64,000 nucleotides of DNA from a virus. Its lineage: Duplodnaviria > Caudoviricetes. Where the stretch lies: the IMG/VR virus record IMGVR_UViG_3300033066_000581, positions 29,272-93,271 of that record; one strand, 5' to 3'. Made by a program: the position numbers and the translations under genes. A model generated the notes under the pieces. It ran no database searches. It was given only the letters and a program-made list of their open reading frames with translations, and had not been told where the DNA came from. Shown in pieces: positions 57,591 through 64,000 of this stretch (its first letter is position 1; every line of letters starts with the position of its first letter).

Positions 57591-58136
57591 GTGAAGAGCA
57601 CGATCGTCTACATCCATGGTTATGGGTCTTCACCGGCCTCTGATACTGCTGTTAAGTTCAAGAATGAGTTCAAGGATGAACACTTCTTGTGCCCGCATAT
57701 TAATCATGATCTGGATCCGTATACGACCAAGAAGCAACTTGATGCATTTGCTGATAAGCTGAAGAATCATGACGATGTGGTCGTTATCGGTTCCAGTATG
57801 GGTGGGTTCTGGGCAGATTATATGGCTGTAACCCACGGCTTCAAGACAGTCTTGATCAATCCAGCTCTCAAGCCTTCGGTAACCATGAAGCGTTTTGATG
57901 CTCCGGATAAATACATCAAGCACTACGCCGAGATCGAAGCTTTTATCAAACCCCATAGTCGTCATTTCATCGTGACTTTCTACGGTTCAGATGATGAGAT
58001 CATCCCAATCGATCATATTCATCAACACTACAAGAACCCTATCATCTTGAAGGGTGAAACCCACCGGATCAGTAATATGAAGCCGGTTTTCGATATGGTT
58101 AAGAAGATGATCGGGAATTACCCGGAGAAGCAATAG
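57591..58136 (+). CDS. YqiA/YcfP-like alpha/beta hydrolase
   Basis: HGY.SS, GSSMGG, INPAL, D, H. Confidence 0.88.
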   Translation: MKSTIVYIHGYGSSPASDTAVKFKNEFKDEHFLCPHINHDLDPYTTKKQLDAFADKLKNHDDVVVIGSSMGGFWADYMAVTHGFKTVLINPALKPSVTMKRFDAPDKYIKHYAEIEAFIKPHSRHFIVTFYGSDDEIIPIDHIHQHYKNPIILKGETHRISNMKPVFDMVKKMIGNYPEKQ

Positions 58137-58730
58137 TTGGTCCAGTCGTTTAAGAGTTTTTTGACGGAAAAATACGTCAATCTCATTCAACATCGCCATG
58201 ACAACGACCGTGAGAAACACGCTGACCACGTATACAAGATGCTTCATCATGCGTATGAGCCTATTGGTGGCCTTCATGGTAATGGTTTCAAAGACAAACA
58301 CGATATGCTCAAGAGCATCCCTATGTGGAAGCTCCATAAGGGATCTGATGGTAAGGTAAAGGCCGCCGCCCTTTATAAGGACAAGGGTGGCCGAAAGCTG
58401 GTAGCCTTTGCGACTGATGGGTCGCACGAAGGTAAACACGCCATGTCTCACATCATCAAGGACGATGTGCATAGGAAGCGTTCATATTCAGAGATCTCAG
58501 GCCCAGCGATCGGGTTCCATAAGAAGCATATTGGGGATCTGAGACAACACGCTATGAAGCCTCATGAAGTCAAGAAGCTCATGCATGACGATGAAATTCG
58601 AAAGGTTCCACATGGCGATGCTGAAGTCGCTCGACACCCAGAACTGAAACACCATTTCTATCAACGGAAGATCGGTGGTGAATGGCACACCAAGTTGGCG
58701 ATCGGATCATCTGGCCAACATATAAAATAA
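58137..58730 (+). CDS. His-rich hypothetical protein, probable internal head protein
   Basis: N-terminus MVQSFKSFLTE is capsid-targeting-like. Confidence 0.7.
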   Translation: MVQSFKSFLTEKYVNLIQHRHDNDREKHADHVYKMLHHAYEPIGGLHGNGFKDKHDMLKSIPMWKLHKGSDGKVKAAALYKDKGGRKLVAFATDGSHEGKHAMSHIIKDDVHRKRSYSEISGPAIGFHKKHIGDLRQHAMKPHEVKKLMHDDEIRKVPHGDAEVARHPELKHHFYQRKIGGEWHTKLAIGSSGQHIK

Positions 58731-58755
58731 TCGTAATATTTGCTATGAGGATGCG

Positions 58756-59025
58756 ATGAAATTCAAACGTGAAACCAGGTTTGAGCGTTGGTCGAAAAAG
58801 ACCAAGCAACCGATCACCAAGTTTGCTTGGTGGTGGACTAAGGTAGGGGATTATTTGATTTGGCTTGAGGATTATGATGAATATTATCAAATCGAGGCCC
58901 CAGAGGGCGCGCCTATGTTCATAGTGCGTGTATATCGAAATATCATTAAGTCGGACCGATCGCCATGGGCCCGTGCAGGGCCCAGGTGGTTAGCTAAGAC
59001 TATATACGTTCGGGACAATCAATAA
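58756..59025 (+). CDS. Hypothetical protein
   Basis: GAGG SD. Confidence 0.6.
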   Translation: MKFKRETRFERWSKKTKQPITKFAWWWTKVGDYLIWLEDYDEYYQIEAPEGAPMFIVRVYRNIIKSDRSPWARAGPRWLAKTIYVRDNQ

Positions 59026-59044
59026 GCCCCACAGAAAAATAGTT

Positions 59045-59073
59045 GTGTACTTTTCTGTCACTCATGATATGAT
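59045..59073 (+). promoter_or_regulatory. Early promoter GTGTAC-N17-TATGAT
   Basis: Repeated motif. Confidence 0.85.
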
Positions 59074-59079
59074 AAGAAT

Positions 59080-59736
59080 ATGACCGTTAAAAACTATTCG
59101 AGCTACGGCTCCAAGCCTTCTGATACCGCTGTGGTCAAGAAGGATCGTTACCAGATTACGGCATCAGCCCAAGCCTGGATCGGTGTTCGTTACGCTGAGA
59201 AGACCAAGGCGATCGCCAATCTGGCCGAACAAACCATGGATGCCCTCGTTGAGGGTAATCTGGTAGACTTCGGTCGTGATGTAACTCTCCGGCTAGCTCT
59301 TATCGATGATAAGACAGCCGGCCTCTACATGCACACTGAGAACCTGTTGGCCATTGATGTCAGCAAGATCAATATGGCGCATCCTACGATGTCCAGGCCA
59401 GATCTGATCGGTGGTTTCTCGTTGATCGAGACGATCTGTCATGAGATGGTCCACGCTGAACAGTATCACCAAAATCGGCTCATTCAAACCGGCCCTAACC
59501 AAACCAGGACCGCGTATATCTATCGTTATCGGGCTCGGAATGAAACAGAATTTCGGAATGTCAATCGTGTTCTGAAGTTGACCTACGAGCAATATCGGGC
59601 CCTTCCTTGGGAAAAGGAAGCCTTTGATCGTCAAGTTCCATTGGCTCAGACGGTCACCAATATGAAGCCGGACCTTAAGAGCACCATAAGAAATATTAAC
59701 GATCTTTACCTAAAAGATTTGCTGCTTCGGCGATAA
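59080..59736 (+). CDS. Zincin-like metallopeptidase (early, leaderless)
   Basis: HEMVHAEQ...PWEKEA. Confidence 0.8.
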   Translation: MTVKNYSSYGSKPSDTAVVKKDRYQITASAQAWIGVRYAEKTKAIANLAEQTMDALVEGNLVDFGRDVTLRLALIDDKTAGLYMHTENLLAIDVSKINMAHPTMSRPDLIGGFSLIETICHEMVHAEQYHQNRLIQTGPNQTRTAYIYRYRARNETEFRNVNRVLKLTYEQYRALPWEKEAFDRQVPLAQTVTNMKPDLKSTIRNINDLYLKDLLLRR

Positions 59737-59741
59737 TAGTT

Positions 59742-59771
59742 GTGTACAAATATCCTATATCGTGTTATGAT
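59742..59771 (+). promoter_or_regulatory. Early promoter GTGTAC-N18-TATGAT
   Basis: Repeated motif. Confidence 0.8.
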
Positions 59772-59809
59772 AACATATATAGGAATTCAAGCTTAAGAGG
59801 GTAATCCCA

Positions 59810-59995
59810 ATGTCTACCGATACCAGAGAGACTCGAGAGGTGCTTCGTGAATTCGAAGCCGATCTGCGCGACTTCGCTGCAGTGCGCATCGGAACCACAT
59901 CCTCTAATGCAGTAATCAAGATGGCCCAAGACCCCAAGCTCTACAAGGACGTTGCTGAAGCCTACTGGCGACAGCGTATCGTTTGTCCGGCCTAA
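59810..59995 (+). CDS. Hypothetical protein
   Basis: Follows an early promoter; GAGG SD. Confidence 0.6.
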   Translation: MSTDTRETREVLREFEADLRDFAAVRIGTTSSNAVIKMAQDPKLYKDVAEAYWRQRIVCPA

Positions 59996-60006
59996 TTAGG
60001 CCTTGT

Positions 60007-60082
60007 AGGGGTTAAGCATTAAGGGGCGATGCCTCGGTCTCCAAAACCGTATAGACAGGTTCGAGTCCTGTAATCCTTGCCA
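60007..60082 (+). tRNA. tRNA-Trp(CCA)
   Basis: CGGT-CTCCAAA-ACCG, ACAGG-TTCGAGT-CCTGT, CCA end. Confidence 0.9.
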
Positions 60083-60091
60083 ATTTACCAA

Positions 60092-60167
60092 CAGCTGGTG
60101 GCGGAGTTAGATATCGCGACGGTCTGCAAAACCGTTTACATGGGGGCAGTTCCCATCCAGTTGTCCA
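60092..60167 (+). tRNA. tRNA-Cys(GCA)
   Basis: ACGGT-CTGCAAA-ACCGT, U73, CCA end; atypical T-loop GGCAGTT. Confidence 0.85.
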
Positions 60168-60168
60168 T

Positions 60169-60243
60169 TCTCCTATGGTGTAGCTGGTAGCACGTGAGGC
60201 TTTGGTCCTTAAGGGCGTCGTTCGAATCGACGTTGGAGATCCA
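60169..60243 (+). tRNA. tRNA-Gln(TTG)
   Basis: TGAGG-CTTTGGT-CCTTA, CGTCG-TTCGAAT-CGACG, CCA end. Confidence 0.9.
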
Positions 60244-60261
60244 TTATAAGAAAGAACTGTT

Positions 60262-60990
60262 ATGCTAACCTTTGCAATTGGTGATGTTCACGGCCGCTAT
60301 GACCTTCTGAAGAAGGCCTTTGAAGCTATGGCCGTATATTACGCAGAAGAAACCGATGCAGAAAAGTTTCGTATCGTGATGCTTGGTGATTACGTGGATC
60401 GTGGTCCTCAGTCTAAGCAGGTTATTGATTTTCTGCTCATTCAACTAGATAATGCCAAAAGCAATGGCCTTTTTGAACTGATTTGCATGAAGGGCAACCA
60501 TGAAGATATGATGGTTGATGCCTTAGAAGGCCGTAGAATTGGCCTCTGGCTTGGTAATGGCGGGTATGCCACGATCAAGTCCTATCTGAATGGAATGGCC
60601 TTTGATAGGGACAACCTCGGTAAGGAAATTCCACAGTCTCATATCGATTGGCTGAAGGATCTTCCTACCTCGTATGAGGATGACCTGAGGATCTTCGTCC
60701 ACGCTGGATTGATGCCGAACGTCCTTCTTAAGGATCAAAATGATGAATCCTTGATGTGGATTAGGGATCGGTTTCTGGATCGTGACGGTTCCAATTTCCC
60801 TGATGGGAAACATATCGTCCATGGCCATACGCCAATCCACTACAACAAGCCGGATCATAACGTTCCGGAACTTTTGGAACACCGGACTAACCTGGATACC
60901 GCTGCCTATTTTGGTGGTATTTTGTCGGTAGGTGTCTTTGACGACAAACAAGCTCAACCGTTAAAGGTTCTCAGTATAACAATGGAGTAA
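60262..60990 (+). CDS. Metallophosphoesterase (PPP Ser/Thr phosphatase-like)
   Basis: GDVHG, GDYVDRG, GNHE, HAG, HGHT. Confidence 0.92.
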   Translation: MLTFAIGDVHGRYDLLKKAFEAMAVYYAEETDAEKFRIVMLGDYVDRGPQSKQVIDFLLIQLDNAKSNGLFELICMKGNHEDMMVDALEGRRIGLWLGNGGYATIKSYLNGMAFDRDNLGKEIPQSHIDWLKDLPTSYEDDLRIFVHAGLMPNVLLKDQNDESLMWIRDRFLDRDGSNFPDGKHIVHGHTPIHYNKPDHNVPELLEHRTNLDTAAYFGGILSVGVFDDKQAQPLKVLSITME

Positions 60991-60998
60991 GAAATATT

Positions 60999-61144
60999 GT
61001 AGTAGAATGCCCCCAAGGGGGGCAACCGTGTAAAGGGATCGACAATCAAGATCAGGGTGCGAACCTGATTTACCAAATCGATCATCATCTTCGCACGATG
61101 GGAAGCGGCGTAAATTTAAGACGTCGCCACGGGTTCTGCTGCCA
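60999..61144 (+). ncRNA. Candidate multi-stem structured RNA ending in CCA
   Basis: 5'/3' closing helix plus six internal helices found by eye. Confidence 0.6.
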
Positions 61145-61165
61145 ACAATTCGCATAACTAAGAAT

Positions 61166-61327
61166 ATGGATTATCACGAACAACCACTAGCTGACCGCAT
61201 TGCAATCAGAATTCAAGAATTTCTTGGTGAGAACTTTGATCCTGAGATCTTTGACTCCACCACATTTAAGAATGAGATCACTAACTTGATTCATGCCGTC
61301 CTCGATGAAACATATGGAGATTATTGA
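61166..61327 (+). CDS. 53-aa acidic hypothetical protein (not in the ORF track)
   Basis: Stop codon abuts the amidase TTG start. Confidence 0.55.
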   Translation: MDYHEQPLADRIAIRIQEFLGENFDPEIFDSTTFKNEITNLIHAVLDETYGDY

Positions 61328-61921
61328 TTGCAGGTTATCAACCATCTTATTGACGGGCATCCGCTGTATAAGGCCTCGCCCAACGTTGGCGGAGCTCTTA
61401 TCAACCCCACACTTCTGGTGATGCATTTCACAGCATCTGGAGTTGGTGCAAGGGGTGATGCTGATTTTCTGAGCAATCCTAATGCCAAGGCTTCAGCCCA
61501 CGTGGTCGTAGGTGAGACCGGAGACTATTACCAGATCGTTCCGTTCAACAAGAAGGCCTGGCATGCTGGGGTATCTTCGTGGAAGGGTAAGAACAATTGT
61601 AACGATTATTCCATCGGTATCGAGGTTGATAACTGGGGGATCGTTACGAAGAAGCCTGATGGGACGTTCCAATCTTGGACCAAGGCGCCGGTTGATGCTA
61701 GCCGTGTTGTCCACCTGAAGAATAAGCGTGGAGTCGATGCCTATTGGCAGACATACACAGATATCCAACTTGCAAAGGTTGGCGAGATTACCAAGGCCAT
61801 CTTGGCAGCATATCCATCAATCAAGGAGATTGTTGGCCATGAGGACGTAGCACCTGGACGAAAGACTGATCCAGGCCCAGCGTTCCCACTGGCCCGTTTT
61901 CAATCTCTCTTGACTCATTAA
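61328..61921 (+). CDS. N-acetylmuramoyl-L-alanine amidase (Amidase_2; endolysin candidate)
   Basis: HFT, SAH, AWHAG, SIGIE, GH......RK.DPG. Confidence 0.93.
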   Translation: MQVINHLIDGHPLYKASPNVGGALINPTLLVMHFTASGVGARGDADFLSNPNAKASAHVVVGETGDYYQIVPFNKKAWHAGVSSWKGKNNCNDYSIGIEVDNWGIVTKKPDGTFQSWTKAPVDASRVVHLKNKRGVDAYWQTYTDIQLAKVGEITKAILAAYPSIKEIVGHEDVAPGRKTDPGPAFPLARFQSLLTH

Positions 61922-61924
61922 TAC

Positions 61925-62002
61925 GCCAGTTTAGCTCAGTTTGGTAGCAGCGCGCGCCTTGTAAGCGCGAGGTCGGGGGTTCGAGGCCTCCAACTGGCAC
62001 CA
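61925..62002 (+). tRNA. tRNA-Thr(TGT)
   Basis: GCCAGTT/AACTGGC acceptor stem, CGCGC-CTTGTAA-GCGCG, CCA end. Confidence 0.95.
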
Positions 62003-62026
62003 ATAAAAAATGTTCAAGGAGGAAAT

Positions 62027-62182
62027 ATGAACTCTAGAACCAAAGCTAAATGTATAGATAAACGTCGATTACATAAACGACTTCGACGAGCAGTGAAAGC
62101 AACTTCGATAACTCATATCGGCAACGGCCGATCAATGAGATCTGGTTATGGATCTGGGGTTAAACGCAAATCATTCTCTTAA
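62027..62182 (+). CDS. 51-aa highly basic peptide (not in the ORF track)
   Basis: AAGGAGG SD; MNSRTKAKCIDKRRLHKRLRRAVK... Confidence 0.65.
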   Translation: MNSRTKAKCIDKRRLHKRLRRAVKATSITHIGNGRSMRSGYGSGVKRKSFS

Positions 62183-62199
62183 TCATGAAAAGGTGAACA

Positions 62200-63273
62200 A
62201 TGAAACTACAAGAACAATTTGAATCCGCTTGGAAAGCTGCAGCCGGCGCAAAGGCTCTATCTCGTGGCGATATGCTTTTCCTGGCTCTTAACCGAGCAAT
62301 GAACGGTGTCGACATCCACCCAAACCAACTTCTTTATGCTTTCTCCAAGGAGATCCAGGAGATGTTCACTCCGACCACTGACGCTAATAAGTTGGCCAAT
62401 GGTTATGCTCGTTGGAAGGCAGTTGAACTGGCACTTCCGGAGTGTATGAAGAGCCCTGGTTGGGATTTCCTGACCGCCGAAGAACATCTTGAGTACCGAG
62501 AGGTGATCCGGGCTATGGCCGAAGCATTCATTGTCCAACTTATGAATGAACAAGAAATTGAGCTCCCGGATGCTGACTATCTGTATATCACCGTCCGCAA
62601 GGATCTCTCTCCGGAGCAACAGGTGGTTCAGGCTGCTCATGCGGCGTTCATCGCTGGCGTTAACTTTGGTCAACGGGGCCTGAGTGATCAGATCGATCCT
62701 GAGGGCGTCCACTTTGTGGTTCTTCATGCAGAGGACGAATTCGAGCTTCTTGAGGCCTTTGACTTTGATGCTGAGAAGTTCAACTTTGACCTGTATCCTT
62801 ACTACGAACGTGACCGGCATGAATTCACCGCGGTAGCTTCTCCGGTGATCACCGGGAAGACTCGGGAAGTATATAAGGGTAAGCCGCTTCTTAAGTTTGA
62901 CACTTCTATGGTTGAGATTGTCTTCAAGCCGGAAGACAATGAGCCGGTGGCATTCCGCGATATCTCCATGGATGACGAAGGCCTGACCTTTGTTCCTGGC
63001 TGGGGTGCGTTCGACCTATCGAAGTTCAACCCGATCGTTGTGGGTTCTGGGGATCTTAGTGTTTCTGAGATTCGACCTAGCGCACCCGTATACGCAGATA
63101 TGGGTAAACCGGAATATTTCCTAGGAGGGTTCTTCAACGACATCACACTTAATGGTCGCCGAATTTCAGATGAGGTTTACGGCGCTGACTATTGGTCCGG
63201 CCCCATTTTTGGTGCTCCTGGGTTGGGTCAACACTCTCAAACTTCTGTCGAAAGAAATATGCAAACGACCTAA
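62200..63273 (+). CDS. Protein with central PTH2-like peptidyl-tRNA hydrolase domain
   Basis: VRKDLS....VQAAHA motif; flanking domains unknown. Confidence 0.65.
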   Translation: MKLQEQFESAWKAAAGAKALSRGDMLFLALNRAMNGVDIHPNQLLYAFSKEIQEMFTPTTDANKLANGYARWKAVELALPECMKSPGWDFLTAEEHLEYREVIRAMAEAFIVQLMNEQEIELPDADYLYITVRKDLSPEQQVVQAAHAAFIAGVNFGQRGLSDQIDPEGVHFVVLHAEDEFELLEAFDFDAEKFNFDLYPYYERDRHEFTAVASPVITGKTREVYKGKPLLKFDTSMVEIVFKPEDNEPVAFRDISMDDEGLTFVPGWGAFDLSKFNPIVVGSGDLSVSEIRPSAPVYADMGKPEYFLGGFFNDITLNGRRISDEVYGADYWSGPIFGAPGLGQHSQTSVERNMQTT

Positions 63274-63280
63274 AATAGTG

Positions 63281-63309
63281 GTGTACATATTTGGCTACTG
63301 TGATACTAT
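63281..63309 (+). promoter_or_regulatory. Early promoter GTGTAC-N17-TACTAT
   Basis: Repeated motif. Confidence 0.8.
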
Positions 63310-63339
63310 GGGATAGTAAGCTAATCACAAGGAAATCAC

Positions 63340-63618
63340 GTGGCTAAGTTTGATATTACTATCGTCGGTGCTGAACCTACGAACCGAGTTGTTTCTGTCT
63401 TCACTGTGGAAACTGTGACCGAATCTATGGTCGAGGCTCTTGAAGTTTTTGACGAAACGGTTGCTCCGACGTTCCGCATCTTCGTTCGCACCGCTGAAGG
63501 CGAGGAATTTCAGGCTTTCACTTGGTGCCGGGACGAAGCATCGGGCATCGCCCGCGCTTGGCGCGAGGGTGTCGAGTTTGGTCACGACGTGGCCGCTGTT
63601 TGGGCGGAGGCGATCTGA
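63340..63618 (+). CDS. Hypothetical protein
   Basis: Early promoter and AAGGA SD; GTG start. Confidence 0.7.
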   Translation: MAKFDITIVGAEPTNRVVSVFTVETVTESMVEALEVFDETVAPTFRIFVRTAEGEEFQAFTWCRDEASGIARAWREGVEFGHDVAAVWAEAI

Positions 63619-63830
63619 TGATTGATTACGTCACCGTCGAGATCGGCTCCACTGGCTCAGTTGTGATGGTTGAGCCGGAGCTTCGCAAAGGGCTTACGCG
63701 CCGAGTGTTTCGCCGCATGTTGAACGGCTCCCTTGAATGGGCCGCCTACGATGACTGGCGAATGCACAACGAGCGCGCCCGGTTCTTCGGCTTCGCCTCG
63801 CGCGAACTTCCCGCCTCTATGACCTCCTGA
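63618..63830 (+). CDS. Hypothetical protein
   Basis: TGATG coupling; GGAGG SD. Confidence 0.65.
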   Translation: MIDYVTVEIGSTGSVVMVEPELRKGLTRRVFRRMLNGSLEWAAYDDWRMHNERARFFGFASRELPASMTS

Positions 63831-63842
63831 AAGGAGCCCGAC

Positions 63843-64000
63843 ATGCACAGCGTTCTTCGCCCCAACTACCGCCGCGCCCGCGCCCTTGCATTGGAGATCG
63901 AAGCGGCCCGAGTCCATTTGGATGAGGCGCGAGGTGACCCTTCATACACCCTCGACGACATCGAGGATTTGAAGGCCGAACTACATCACTTGGAGCGCGA
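63843..64000 (+). CDS. 5' part of a CDS running off the window
   Basis: AAGGAG SD; frame open to the end. Confidence 0.65.
   Translation, partial: MHSVLRPNYRRARALALEIEAARVHLDEARGDPSYTLDDIEDLKAELHHLER

Noticed and set aside
28533-59781. NATATATA boxes before gene 19, the Hef-like gene and some tRNAs as a second late-promoter class
   Set aside because: Low-complexity motif with few copies; cannot be separated from chance by eye
60999-61144. tmRNA, RNase P or SRP RNA identity for the structured element
   Set aside because: No tag reading frame, Ala acceptor stem, P4 consensus or SRP domain IV motif recognisable
60961-61155. 64-aa minus-strand ORF over the candidate ncRNA
   Set aside because: Opposes local transcription and has no SD or motifs; G-U pairing favours a plus-strand RNA

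Overview
A 64 kb segment of a large T4-like (Straboviridae/Kyanoviridae-style) myophage. The gene order is: (i) 1-13.9 kb, minus strand: accessory block with a cytidyltransferase-like protein, a KxDG ligase-like gene broken by a split intein plus an intervening HNH gene, two RNA ligases, a P-loop kinase, a deaminase and a four-domain glycosyltransferase/methyltransferase; (ii) 14-38 kb: tail fibres (collagen-like, beta-helix, S74 chaperone) and the gp13-gp23 and gp3 morphogenesis module, where large terminase gp17 is split by an atypical split intein around a GIY-YIG gene; (iii) 38-56.8 kb: uvsY, uvsW, gp55, gp47, gp46, a nucleotide/DNA-modification cluster (MazG-like, dCMP hydroxymethylase, dCMP deaminase, putative amino acid:DNA transferase, PLP enzyme, BGT-like/SGNH fusion, GT-A) and gp45, gp44, gp62, regA; (iv) 57-64 kb: seven tRNAs, one degenerate tRNA, a candidate 146-nt structured RNA, an amidase and small ORFs. 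Best candidates for new biology: a cytosine-based DNA hypermodification pathway, a trans-spliced ligase-like protein with a capsid-targeting leader, possible virion glycosylation, and the structured ncRNA. All family calls come from motif recognition by eye; no database searches were run.
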